Positions 47,701 to 60,157 of a stretch of 64,000 nucleotides of DNA are shown here, piece after piece. The translations under genes and the position numbers were made by a program. This DNA is from Mobula hypostoma (lineage: Eukaryota). Position 1 is the stretch's first letter. Each line of letters opens with the position of its first letter. Below the pieces are notes generated by a model. That model was not told where the DNA came from and made no database searches. It saw only the letters and a list, made by a program, of their open reading frames with translations. The stretch covers positions 199,394,001 to 199,458,000 of the forward strand of contig NC_086100.1 of NCBI RefSeq assembly GCF_963921235.1, written 5' to 3'.

Positions 47701-49018
47701 AAGGCGGTGAAATCATCGGACAAAGTCAGCATGGATTTGTGAAAGGAAAATCATGTCTGACGAATCTCATAGAATTTTTTGAGGATGTAACTAGTAGATA
47801 GGGGAGAACCAATGGATGTTCTATATTTGGATTTTCAAAAGGCTTTTGACAAGGTCCCACACAGGAGATTAGTGTGCAAACTTAAAGCACACGGTATTGG
47901 GGGTAAGATATTGATGTGGATAGAGAATTGGTTGGCAGACAGGAAGTAAAGAGTGGGAATAAACGGGACCTTTTCAGAATGGCAGGCAGTGACTAGTGGG
48001 GTACCGCTAGGCTCAGTGCTGGGACCCCAGTTGTTTACAATATATATTAATGACTTAGAAGAGGGAATTAAATGCAGCATCTCCAAGTTTGCGGATGACA
48101 CAAAGCTGGGCAGCTGTGTTAGCTGTGAGGAGGATGCTAAGAGGATGCAGGGTGACTTGGATAGGTTAGGTGAGTGGGCAAATTCATGGCAGATGCAATT
48201 TGATGTGGGTAAATGTGAGGTTATCCACTTTGGTGGCAAGAACAGGAAAACAGATTATTATCTGAATGGTGGCCGATTAGGAAAAGGGGAGGTGCAACGA
48301 GACCTGGGTGTCATTATACACCAGTCATTGAAAGTGGGCATGCAGGTACAGCAGGCGGTGAAAAAGGCGAATGGTATGCTGGCATTCATAGCAAGAGGAC
48401 TCGAGTACAGGAGCAGGGAGGTACTACTGCAGTTGTACAAGGCCTTGGTGAGACCACATTTGGAGTATTGTGTGCAGTTTTGGTCCCCTAATCTGAGGAA
48501 AGACATTCTTGCCATAGAGGCAGTAGGAAAAAGGTTCACCAGATTGATTCCTGGGATGTCAGGACTTTCATGTGAAGAAAGACTGGATCGACTAGGCTTG
48601 TATTCTCTCGAATTTAGAAGATTGAGGGGGGATCTTATTGAAACGTATAAAATTCTAAAGGGATTGGACAGGCTAGATGTAGGAAGATTGTTCCCGATGT
48701 TGGGGAAGTCCAGAATGAGGGGTCACAGTTTGAGGATAAAGGGGAAGCCTTTTCGGACCGAGATTAGGAAAAAACTTCTTCACACAGAGAGTGGTGAATC
48801 TGTGGAATTCTCTGCCACAGGAAACAGTTGAGGCCAGTTCATTGGCTATGTTTAAGAGGGAGTTAGATATGGCCCTTGTGGCTACGGGGATCAGGGGGTA
48901 TGGAGGGAAGGCAGGTACAGGGTTCTGAGTTGGATGATCAGCCATGATCATAATAAATGGCGGTGCAGCCTCGAGGGCTGAATGGCCTACTCCTGCACCT
49001 ATTTTCTATGTTCTCTAT
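44765..49018 (+). mobile_element. near full-length CR1 LINE in the SDR intron, antisense to the gene
   Basis: Frameshifted ORF1 (VIGDSIVR, HIGTND) at 45012-45950; ORF2 pieces [39 protein letters not shown]; tail ttctatgttctctat. Confidence 0.92.
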
Positions 49019-49033
49019 GACCTGTCTGGTTAC

Positions 49034-49273
49034 CGGCTGCACCCGCGTTGTTGACGAGGATATCGAGCCGCCTCTCCTCCCGCTGGATCCGCTCGGCAAA
49101 CTCCCGCACCGACTTCATGCAGCTGGTGTCGAGGATGCGGAGGTGCACGTTGCCGTTGCCCGTCCTTTGTCGGATCTCCCGCTCGGCCCTCCGCCCTCGC
49201 TCCTCGCTGCGACAGGCGAGGATCACACGGGCGTTCCTCCGGGCGAAGTCCTGAGCAATGTACCGGCCGACCC
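49034..49273 (-). CDS. SDR (RDH11/12/13/DHRS13-like retinol dehydrogenase), internal coding exon A
   Basis: Encodes (G)[21 protein letters not shown]...[11 protein letters not shown]: the end of the TGxxxGxG Rossmann motif and the NNAG motif. Acceptor cAG at 49276-49274, donor GTAACC from 49033; 240 nt, phase 1 to 1. Confidence 0.93.
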
Positions 49274-49350
49274 CTGGTACAGACACAACCCTCCATGGGA
49301 ACCATTTCCAACACACAATCGCTTCTCCGTCCCCCAAGCTCCCACCGCAC

Positions 49351-51597
49351 GGAGAGAGAGAGAGGGAGAGAGGGAGAGAGGGAGAGGGAGAGAGGGAGAG
49401 AGGGAGAGGGGGAGGGAGAGCGGGAGAGAGGGAGAGAGGGAGAGGGGGAGGGAGAGCGGGAGAGAGGGAGAGACGGAGAGGGAGAGAGGGAGAGAGAGAG
49501 GGAGAGGGGGAGGGAGAGCGGGAGAGAGGGAGAGAGGGAGAGGGGGAGGGAGAGCGGGAGAGAGGGAGAGGGAGAGGGAGAGAGAGGGAGAGAGAGGAAG
49601 GGAGAGAGGGAGAGGGAGAGGGAGAGGGGGGAGAGAGGGGGGAGGGGGAGAGAGGGGGAGAAAGGGAGAGGGAGAGAGGGGAGAGAGAGGGAGAGAGGGA
49701 GAGGGGAGGGAGAGAGGGAGAAACGGAGGGAGAGAGGGAGAGAGGGAGAGAGAGGGAGAGAGAGGAAGAGAGAGGGAGAGGGAGAGGGAGAGGGAGAGAG
49801 AGAGGGAGAGGGAGAGAGAGAGGGGGAGAGAGAGAGGGAGAGGGGGAGGGAGAGCGGGAGAGAGGGAGAGGGAGAGGGAGAGAGAGGGAGAGAGAGGAAG
49901 GGAGAGAGAGGGAGAGAGGGAGAGAGAGAGGGGGGAGAGGGAGATGGAGAGGGAGGGGGAGAGGGGGAGAGGGAGAGGGGGAGAGGGAGAGAGGGAGAGA
50001 GGGAGAGAGAGGGAGAGAGAGGGAGAGAGGGAGAGGGAGAGAGAGAGGGAGAGGGAGATGGAGAGGGCGGGGGAGAGGGAGATGGAGAGGGAGGGGGAGA
50101 GGGAGATGGAGAGGGAGGGGGAGAGGGGGAGAGGGAGAGAGGGAGAGAGAGGGCGAGAGGGAGGGAGGGGGAGGGGGAGAGGGGGAGAGGGGGAGAGGGA
50201 GAGAGAGGGAGGGAGAGGGAGAGAGAGAGGGAGAGAGGGAGGGAGAGAGGAGAGAGAGGGAGGGAGAGGGAGAGAGAGAGGGAGAGAGGGAGGGAGAGAG
50301 GGAGAGAGGAGAGAGAACGAGAGAGAGAGAGGGAGGGAGGGAGAGAGGGAGGGAGAGAGGGAGAGAGGGAGGGAGAGAGGGAGAGAGGGAGAGAGAGGGG
50401 GAGAGAGAGGGGGAGAGGGGGAGAGGGGGAGGGAGGGGGAGAGGGAGAGAGGGAGAGAGGGAGGGAGAGGGAGAGAGGGAGGGAGAGAGGGAGAGGGGAG
50501 AGAGGAGAGAGAACGAGGGAGAGAGGGAGAGGGGAGAGAGAACGAGAGAGAGAGGGAGGGAGGGAGAGAGGGAGAGAGGGAGAGAGGGAGAGAGGGGGAG
50601 AGGGGGAGAGGGGGAGAGAGGGAGGGAGAGAGGGAGAGAGGGAGAGAGGGAGAGGGAGAGAGAGGGGGGGAGAGGGAGAGGGAGAGGGAGAGAGGGAGAG
50701 AGGGAGAAAGAGGGAGAGAGGGAGGGAGAGGGAGAGAGAGAGAGAGAGGGAGAGAGGGAGAGAGAGAGGGAGAGAGGGAGAGAGGGAGAGAGGGAGAGAG
50801 GGGGAGAGGGGGAGAGAGGGAGAGAGGGAGAGGGGGAGAGAGGGAGAGAGAGGGAGAGAGGGGGAGAGAGAGAGAGGGGGAGAGAGGGAGAGAGGGGGAG
50901 AGAGGGAGAGAGGGGGAGAGAGGGGGAGAGGGGGAGAGAGGGGGAGAGGGGGAGAGAGGGAGAGAGAGGGAGAGAGGGAGAGAGGGAGAGAGGGGCGAGA
51001 GAGAGAGAGGGGGAGAGAGGGAGAGAGGGGGAGAGAGGGAGAGAGAGGGAGAGAGAGGGAGAGAGGGAGAGAGAGGGAGAGAGGGAGAGAGGGAGAGAGG
51101 GGGAGAGAGAGAGAGGGGGAGAGAGGGAGAGAGGGGGAGAGAGGGAGAGAGGGGGAGAGAGGGGGAGAGGAGAGAGAGAGGGAGAGAGGGGGAGAGAGGG
51201 AGAGAGGGGGAGAGAGAGAGAGGGGGAGAGAGGGAGAGAGAGGGAGAGAGGGGAGAGGGGGAGAGAGGGAGAGAGAGGGAGAGAGGGGGAGAGAGAGAGA
51301 GGGGGAGAGAGGGAGAGAGGGGGAGAGAGGGAGAGAGGGGGAGAGAGGGGGAGAGGGGGAGAGAGGGGGAGAGGGGGAGAGAGGGAGAGAGAGGGAGAGA
51401 GGGAGAGAGGGAGAGAGGGGGAGAGAGGGAGAGAGAGGGAGAGAGGGAGAGAGGGGGAGAGAGGGAGAGAGAGGGAGAGAGAGGGAGAGAGGGAGAGAGA
51501 GGGAGAGAGGGGGAGAGAGGGAGAGAGGGGGAGAGAGAGAGAGGGAGAGAGGGGGAGAGAGGGGGAGAGAGGGAGAGAGGGGGAGAGAGGGAGAGAG

Positions 51598-51635
<38 letters not shown>

Positions 51636-54600
51636 GAGAGAGGGAGAGAGGGGGAGAGAGGGAGAGAGGGGGAGAGAGGGGGAGAGGGGGAGAGAGGGAG
51701 AGAGAGGGAGAGAGAGGGAGAGAGGGAGAGAGGGAGAGAGGGGGAGAGAGAGAGAGGGGGAGAGAGGGAGAGAGGGGGAGAGAGAGAGAGGGGGAGAGAG
51801 GGAGAGAGGGGGAGAGAGGGAGAGAGAGGGAGAGAGAGGGAGAGAGGGAGAGAGAGGGAGAGAGGGAGAGAGAGGGAGAGAGGGAGAGAGGGAGAGAGGG
51901 GGAGAGAGGGAGAGAGAGGGAGAGAGGGGGAGAGAGAGGGAGAGAGGGAGAGAGGGGGAGAGGGGGAGAGAGGGAGAGAGAGGGAGAGAGGGAGAGAGGG
52001 AGAGAGGGGGAGAGAGAGAGAGGGAGAGAGGGGGAGAGAGGGAGAGAGGGAGAGAGGGGGAGAGAGAGGGGGAGAGAGAGGGAGAGGGGGAGAGAGGGAG
52101 AGAGGGAGAGAGGGAGAGAGGGGGAGAGAGGGGGAGAGAGAGGGAGAGAGGGAGAGAGGGAGGGAGAGAGGGGGAGAGAGAGAGAGGGGGAGAGGGAGAG
52201 AGAGGGAGAGAGGGAGGGAGAGAGGGGGAGAGGGAGAGAGGGGGAGAGAGGGAGAGAGGGGGAGAGAGGGAGAGAGGGAGAGAGGGAGAGAGGGAGAGGG
52301 GGAGAGAGGGAGAGAGGGAGAGAGGGGGAGAGAGGGAGAGAGAGAGAGGGAGAAAGAGGGAGAGAGGGAGGGAGAGGGAGAGAGAGAGAGAGAGGGAGAG
52401 AGGGAGAGAGGGAGAGAGGGAGAGAGGGGGAGAGGGGGAGAGGGAGAGAGGGAGAGAGGGAGAGAGGGGGAGAGAGGGGGAGAGAGAGAGGGAGAGAGGG
52501 AGAGAGAGGGAGAGGGGGAGAGGGAGAGGGAGGGAGAGAGACGGGGAGAGGGAGAGAGGGAGAGAGACGGGGAGAGGGAGAGAGGGGGAGAGAGAGGGAG
52601 AGAGGGGGAGAGGGAGAGAGGGGGAGAGAGGGAGAGAGGGGGAGAGAGGGAGAGAGGGAGAGAGGGAGAGAGGGAGAGGGGGAGAGAGGGAGAGAGGGAG
52701 AGAGAGGGGGAGAGGGAGAGAGGGGGAGAGAGAGGGAGAGAGGGGGAGAGGGAGAGAGGGGGAGAGAGAGGGAGAGAGGGGGAGAGGGAGAGAGGGGGAG
52801 AGGGGGAGAGGGAGAGAGGGGGAGAGGGAGAGAGGGGGAGAGAGGGGGAGAGAGGGGGAGAGAGGGAGAGAGGGGGAGAGAGGGAGAGAGGGGGAGAGAG
52901 GGAGAGAGGGAGAGAGGGAGAGAGGGGGAGAGGGAGAGAGAGGGAGAGAGGGAGAGAGGGGGAGAGGGAGAGGGAGGGAGAGAGGGAGAGAGGGAGAGAG
53001 GGAGAGAGGGGGAGAGGGGGAGAGAGGGGGAGAGGGAGAGAGGGAGAGGGAGGGAGAGAGGGAGAGAGGGAGAGAGAGGGGGAGAGGGGGAGAGGGGGAG
53101 AGAGAGGGAGAGAGGGAGAGAGGGGGAGAGGGAGGGAGAGAGGGAGAGAGGGAGAGAGAGGGGGAGAGGGGGAGAGGGGGAGAGGGGGAGAGAGAGGGAG
53201 AGGGAGAGAGGGAGAGGGAGGGAGAGAGGGAGAGAGGGAGAGAGGGGGAGAGGGAGAGAGGGGGAGAGGGGGAGAGGGGGAGAGAGAGGGAGAGAGGGAG
53301 AGAGGGGGAGAGGGAGAGAGGGAGAGAGGGGGAGAGGGGGAGAGAGGGGGAGAGGGGGAGAGGGGGAGAGGGAGAGAGGGAGAGAGAGGGAGAGAGAGAG
53401 AGAGGGGGAGAGGGAGAGAGAGGGAGAGAGGGGGAGAGGGAGAGAGAGAGAGAGGGAGAGAGGGGGAGAGGGAGAGAGGGGGAGAGGGAGAGAGAGAGAG
53501 AGGGAGAGAGGGGGAGAGAGGGAGAGAGAGAGAGAGAGAGGGAGAGAGGGAGAGAGGGAGAGAGGGGGAGAGGGGGAGAGAGGGAGAGAGGGAGAGAGGG
53601 GGAGAGAGGGGGAGAGAGGGGGAGAGAGGGAGAGAGGGAGAGAGGGGGAGAGGGGGAGAGGGGGAGAGAGGGGGAGAGGGAGAGAGGGGGAGAGAGGGGG
53701 AGAGAGAGGGAGAGAGGGAGAGAGGGAGAGAGAGGGAGAGGGGGAGAGAGAGGGAGAGAGGGGGAGAGGGGGAGAGAGGGGGAGAGAGAGGGAGAGAGGG
53801 AGAGAGGGAGAGAGGGAGAGAGGGAGAGAGGGGGAGAGGGGGAGAGAGGGAGAGAGGGAGAGAGGGAGAGAGGGAGAGAGGGAGAGAGGGGGAGAGGGGG
53901 AGAGAGGGAGAGGGGGAGAGAGGGAGAGAGGGAGAGAGGGAGAGAGGGAGAGAGAGAGAGAGAGGGAGAGAGAGGGAGAGAGGGGGAGAGGGAGAGAGGG
54001 AGAGAGGGGGAGAGGGAGAGAGGGAGAGAGGGTGAGAGGGAGAGAGAGAGAGAGGGAGAGAGAGGGAGAGAGGGAGAGAGGGGGAGAGGGAGAGAGGGAG
54101 AGAGGGAGAGAGGGGGAGAGAGGGGGAGAGAGAGGGAGAGAGGGAGAGTGGGAGAGAGGGAGAGAGGGAGAGAGGGGGAGAGGGAGAGAGGGGGAGAGAG
54201 GGAGGGAGAGAGGGAGAGAGGGGGAGAGGGAGAGAGGGGGAGAGAGAGAGAGAGAGGGAGAGAGGGGGAGAGGGAGAGAGGGAGAGAGGGAGAGGGGGAG
54301 AGAGGGAGAGAGGGGGAGAGGGAGAGAGAGAGAGAGAGGGAGAGAGGGAGAGAGGGAGAGAGGGAGAGAGGGAGAGAGGGAGAGAGGGAGAGAGGGAGAG
54401 AGGGAGAGGGGGAGAGGGGGAGAGAGGGAGAGAGGGGGAGAGGGAGAGAGAGAGAGAGAGGGAGAGAGGGAGAGAGGGAGAGAGGGAGAGAGGGAGAGAG
54501 GGAGAGAGGGAGAGAGGGAGAGAGGGAGAGAGGGGGAGAGGGAGAGAGGGGGAGAGGGAGAGAGAGAGAGAGAGGGAGAGAGGGAGAGAGGGAGAGAGGG

Positions 54601-57600
54601 GGAGAGGGGGAGAGAGAGAGAGAGGGAGAGAGGGAGAGAGGGAGAGAGGGAGAGAGGGAGAGAGGGAGAGAGGGAGAGAGGGAGAGAGGGAGAGGGAGAG
54701 AGGGGGAGAGGGGGAGAGAGAGAGAGAGAGGGAGAGAGGGAGAGAGGGAGAGAGCGAGAGAGAGGGAGAGGGGGGGAGAGAGGGAGAGAGGGAGAGGGAG
54801 AGAGGGAGGGAGAGAGAGAGGGGGAGAGGGGGAGAGAGGGAGAGAGGGAGAGAGGGAGAGAGGGAGAGAGGGAGAGAGGGAGAGAGGGAGAGAGGGAGAG
54901 AGGGAGAGAGAGAGAGAGGGAGAGAGGGGGAGAGGGAGAGAGGGGGAGAGGGAGAGAGAGAGAGAGAGGGAGAGAGGGAGGGAGAGAGGGAGAGAGGGGG
55001 AGAGGGAGAGAGAGGGAGAGAGGGAGAGAGGGAGGGAGAGAGGGGGAGAGGGAGAGAGGGGGAGAGGGAGAGAGGGGGAGAGGGAGAGAGAGGGAGAGAG
55101 GGGGAGAGGGAGAGAGAGGGAGAGAGGGAGAGAGGGAGGGAGAGAGGGAGAGAGGGGGAGAGGGAGAGAGGGGGAGAGAGGGAGAGAGGGAGAGAGGGAG
55201 AGAGGGAGAGAGGGAGAGAGGGAGAGAGGGAGAGGGGGAGAGAGGGAGAGAGGGGGAGAGGGAGAGAGAGAGAGAGGGAGAGAGGGAGAGAGGGAGAGAG
55301 AGAGAGAGGGAGAGAGGGAGAGGGAGAGAGGGGGAGAGGGAGAGAGAGAGAGAGAGGGAGAGAGGGAGAGAGGGAGAGGGAGAGAGGGGGAGAGGGGGAG
55401 AGGGAGAGAGGGAGAGAGGGAGAGAGGGAGAGAGGGAGAGAGGGGGAGAGGGGGAGAGAGAGAGAGAGGGAGAGAGGGAGAGAGGGGGAGAGGGGGAGAG
55501 AGAGAGAGAGGGAGAGAGGGAGAGAGGGAGAGAGGGAGAGAGGGAGAGAGGGAGAGAGGGAGAGAGGGAGAGAGGGAGAGGGAGAGAGGGGGAGAGGGGG
55601 AGAGAGAGAGAGAGAGGGAGAGAGGGAGAGAGGGAGAGAGGGAGAGAGGGAGAGAGGGAGAGAGGGAGAGAGGGAGAGAGGGAGAGAGGGAGAGAGGGAG
55701 AGGGAGAGAGGGGGAGAGGGAGAGAGAGAGAGAGAGAGGGAGAGAGGGAGAGAGGGAGAGAGGGAGAGAGGGAGAGAGGGAGAGAGGGAGAGAGGGAGAG
55801 AGGGAGAGGGAGAGAGGGGGAGAGGGGGAGAGAGCGAGAGAGAGGGAGAGAGGGAGAGAGGGAGAGAGGGAGAGAGAGGGAGAGGGGGGGAGAGAGGGAG
55901 AGAGGGAGAGGGGGAGAGGGAGGGAGAGAGGGAGGGAGAGAGGGGGAGAGAGGGAGAGAGGGAGAGAGGGAGAGAGGGAGAGAGGGAGAGAGGGAGAGAG
56001 GGAGAGAGGGAGAGAGGGAGAGAGGGAGAGAGGGAGAGAGAGAGAGAGGGAGAGAGGGGGAGAGGGAGAGAGGGGGAGAGGGAGAGAGAGAGAGAGAGGG
56101 AGAGAGGGAGAGAGGGGGAGAGGGGGAGAGGGGGAGAGAGAGAGAGAGGGAGAGAGGGAGAGAGGGAGAGAGGGAGAGAGGGAGAGAGGGAGAGAGGGAG
56201 AGAGGGAGAGAGGGAGAGGGAGAGAGGGGGAGAGGGGGAGAGAGAGAGAGAGAGGGAGAGAGGGAGAGAGAGAGAGAGGGAGAGAGGGAGAGAGAGAGGG
56301 AGAGAGGGGGAGAGGGAGAGAGAGAGGGAGAGGGAGAGAGAGGGAGAGAGGGAGAGAGGGGGAGAGGGAGAGAGAGAGGGAGAGGGAGAGAGGGAGAGAG
56401 GGAGAGAGGGAGAGAGGGAGAGAGGGAGAGAGGGAGAGAGGGAGAGGGAGAGAGGGGGAGAGGGGGAGAGAGAGAGAGAGAGGGAGAGAGGGAGAGAGGG
56501 AGAGAGGGAGAGAGAGGGAGAGGGGGGGAGAGAGGGAGAGAGGGAGAGAGGGGGAGAGAGAGGGAGAGAGGGAGAGAGAGAGGGAGAGAGGGAGAGAGGG
56601 GGAGAGGGAGAGAGGGGGAGAGGGAGAGAGGGAGAGAGGGAGAGAGAGAGGGAGAGAGGGAGAGAGGGGGAGAGGGGGGGAGAGAGGGAGAGAGGGAGAG
56701 AGGGAGAGAGGGGGAGAGAGAGGGAGAGAGGGAGAGAGGGAGAGAGGGGGAGAGGGGGAGAGAGGGAGAGAGGGGGAGAGGGGGAGAGAGAGGGAGAGAG
56801 GGGGAGAGTGGGAGAGAGGGAGAGAGAGGGAGAGAGGGAGAGAGGGAGAGAGAGGGAGAGAGGGAGAGAGGGAGAGAGGGGGAGAGGGGGGGAGAGAGGG
56901 AGAGAGGGAGAGAGGGGGAGAGAGAGGGAGAGAGGGGGAGAGTGGGAGAGAGGGGGAGAGAGGGAGAGGGGGGGAGAGGGGGAGAGGGGGGGAGAGAGGG
57001 AGAGAGGGAGAGAGGGGGAGAGAGAGGGAGAGAGGGAGAGAGGGAGAGAGGGAGAGAGGGAGAGAGGGGGAGAGAGAGGGAGAGAGGGAGAGAGGGAGAG
57101 GGGGGAGAGGGGGGGAGAGAGGGAGAGAGGGAGAGAGGGGGAGAGGGAGAGAGGGAGAGAGGGAGAGAGGGAGAGAGGGGGAGAGGGGGAGGGAGAGAGG
57201 GAGAGAGGGAGAGAGGGGGAGAGAGAGGGAGAGAGGGAGAGAGGGAGAGAGGGGGAGAGGGGGGGAGAGAGGAGAGAGGGAGAGAGGGAGAGAGGGAGAG
57301 AGGGAGAGAGGGAGAGAGGGGGAGAGAGAGGGAGAGAGGGAGAGAGGGAGAGGGGGAGAGGGGGAGAGAGGGAGAGAGGGAGAGAGGGGGAGAGGGAGAG
57401 AGGGAGAGAGGGAGAGAGGGAGAGAGGGGGAGAGGGGGGGAGAGAGGGAGAGAGGGAGAGAGGGGGAGAGAGAGGGAGAGAGGGAGAGAGGGAGAGAGGG
57501 GGAGAGGGGGGGAGAGAGGGAGAGAGGGAGAGAGGGGGAGAGGGGGAGAGAGAGGGAGAGGGAGAGAGGGAGAGGGAGAGGGAGAGGGAGAGGGAGAGGG

Positions 57601-57627
57601 AGAGGGAGAGGGAGAGAGAGAGAGGGG
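49351..57627. repeat. ~8.3-kb polypurine GA-rich satellite (GGGAGAGA-type units)
   Basis: Almost only G and A on the plus strand, with very rare C or T. Confidence 0.98.
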
Positions 57628-57897
57628 TGGGGCAGGACAAATGGCATCCGGTAGATGGTCCAGAGTTCTGGATCAGTGCTGGGCATTTGCTGTTTGTAAA
57701 GCGAGAGTGATAACAATGTTGATGGAAGTCTGTAATATCTATGTGAGGGCTGGTCTCAACTCAAATTAAAATGTAGAACAGCATAGGCTCTTTGGCCCAC
57801 AATGTTGTACCGATCTTTTAACCCACTCCGAGAGCAATCTAACCCTTCTGTCCCACATAGCCTCCATTTTTCCATCATCTACCACCCTACCTAAGAT

Positions 57898-58145
57898 TGG
57901 GTGCTATGGTAACGTAGTCGTCAGCGTAAAGCTGTTGCAGCGCCCGCGTCCCGGGTTCACTTCCCGCCACTGTCCGTAAGGAGTTCTCCCAGTGACGCTA
58001 TGGATTTCCCTTCGCTTCCTCCCATATTCCAAAGACGTGCAGGTTAGCAGTTTAATGGGTCAGGTGGGTAAATTCTTGGTACGGACTCATTGCACCTGAA
58101 GGGCATGTTACCGAGGTGCATCGTCAAATAGTAAATAAATAGATA
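57898..58145 (+). mobile_element. tRNA-derived V-SINE (HE1-like)
   Basis: A-box-like tggtaacgtagtcg, B-box-like gggttcacttccc, V-domain-like ttcctcccatattccaaagacgtgcaggttag, (AAAT)n tail. Confidence 0.65.
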
Positions 58146-60157
58146 AAATAGAGCACAATACATTGCAAAATAGGCTCTTCACACTGTGTTGTGCCCATCG
58201 TTAATCTACTCCGAGATCAGTCCCTAACCCCCCATTTTGTATACATCCACCTGTCCAAGAGTTGTCTAAATGCCCCGAAGGCATCGGTCTCTATCACCAC
58301 CCCCAGCAGTGTTTTCCAGGCACCCAGCACTCTGTGTAAAAACCCTACCTCTGATATCCCATCTCACCCTATACTTTCCACCACTCCACTCACATTAAAT
58401 GGATGTTCAATAAGGAGCATACTGGGAAGTTAGACCATTGCGTCTTACAAACTATTGGAGAGGATTCTTAAGACCATAAGATATAGGAGCAGAAGTAGGC
58501 CATTCGGCCCATCGAGTCTGCTCCTCCAATCATGAGCTGATCCAATTTTTCCAGTCATCCCCACTCCCCTCCCTTCACCCCATACCCTTTGATGCCCTGG
58601 ATGATCAAGAACCTCTATCTCTGCCTGAAATGCACCCAATCACTTGGCCTCCACAGCCACTCGTGACAACAAATTCCACAGATTTACCACCCTCTGACTA
58701 AAAGCCAACAATTTCTCTGCATCTCTGAAGTTTTACCCTCTTGTCCTAGACTCCCCTACCATGGGAAATAACTTTGCCATATCTAATCTGTTCAGGCCTT
58801 TTAACATTTGGAATGTTGCTATGAGATCCCTCGTCATTCTCCTGAACTCCAGGGAATGCAGCCCAAGAGCTGCTAGACGTTCCTCATGTGGTAACCTTTT
58901 CATTCCTGGAATCATTCTTGTGAATCTTCTCGAAACACTCTCCAATGGCAGTATATCCTTTCTAAAATAAAGAGTCCAAAACTGCACACAATACTCCAAG
59001 TGTGGTCTCACGAGTGCCTTATAGAGCCTCAACATCACATCCCTGCTCTTATATTCTGTACCTCTAGAAATGAATGCCAACATTGCATTCGCCTTCTTCA
59101 CCACCGACTCAACCTGGAGGTTCACCTTTAGTGTATCTTGCACAAGAACTCCCAAGTCCCTTTGCACCTCTGCATTTTGAATTCTCTCCCAATCTAAATA
59201 ATAGTCTGCCTGTTTATTTCTTCCACCAAAGTGCATGACCATACACTTTCCAACATTGTATTTCATTTGCCACTTCTTTGCCCATTCCCCTAAACTATTT
59301 AAGTCTCTCTGCAGGATCTCTGTTTCCTCAGCACGACCCGCTCCTCCACCTATCTTTGTATCATGGGCAAATTTAGCCACAAATCTGTTAATCCCATAGT
59401 CCAAATCATTGACATGCGTCGTAAAAAGCAGCGGTCCCAACACCGACCCCTGTGGAACTCCACTGGTAACCGGCAGTCAGCCAGAACTAGATCCTTTTAT
59501 TCCCACTCTCTGTTTTCTGCTGACCAGCCAATGCTCCACCCATGCTAGTAACTTCCCTGTAATTCCATGGGCTCTTATCTTGCTAAGCAGCTCCTGTGCG
59601 GCACCTTGTCAAAGGCCTTCTGAAAATCCAAGTACACCACGTCTACTGCATCTCCTTTGTCTACTCTGCTTGTAATTTCCTTTAAAAATTGCAGTAGGTA
59701 AGTCAGGAAGGATTTTCCTTTCAGGAAACCATGCTGGCTTTGGCCTATCTTGTCATGTGCCTCCAAGTATTCCATAATCTCATCCCTAACAATCAATTCT
59801 AACAACTTCCCAACCACTGATGTCAGGCTAACAGGTCTATAGTTTCCTTTCTGCTGCCTCCCACCCTTCTTAAATAGCGGAGTAACATTTGCAATTTTCC
59901 AGTCTTGAAAGGTCATTATTAATGCCTCTGCAATCTCCCCAGCTAATTCCTTCAAAACCCAAAGGTGCATTCCATCAGGTCCAGGAGATTTATCCACCCT
60001 CAGACCATTAAGCTTCCTGAGCACCTTTTCAGTCTTAATTTTCAGTGCACATACTTTATTTCCCTAATTCATTTGTATATTGCAGATGTCTTCCACTGTG
60101 AAGACTGATGCAAAATACGCATTTAGTTCCTCTGCCATCTCTGTGTCTCTCATTACA

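Noticed and set aside
48957..57769. Giant 1692-2905 aa ORFs (ERG-rich or SLP-rich) in several frames
   Set aside because: Artefacts of a GA repeat that cannot form stop codons; only 49034-49273 is a real exon.
57628..57770. Possible first coding exon of the SDR gene
   Set aside because: No GKxxxVTGxxxG-type peptide or suitable phase-1 donor was seen.
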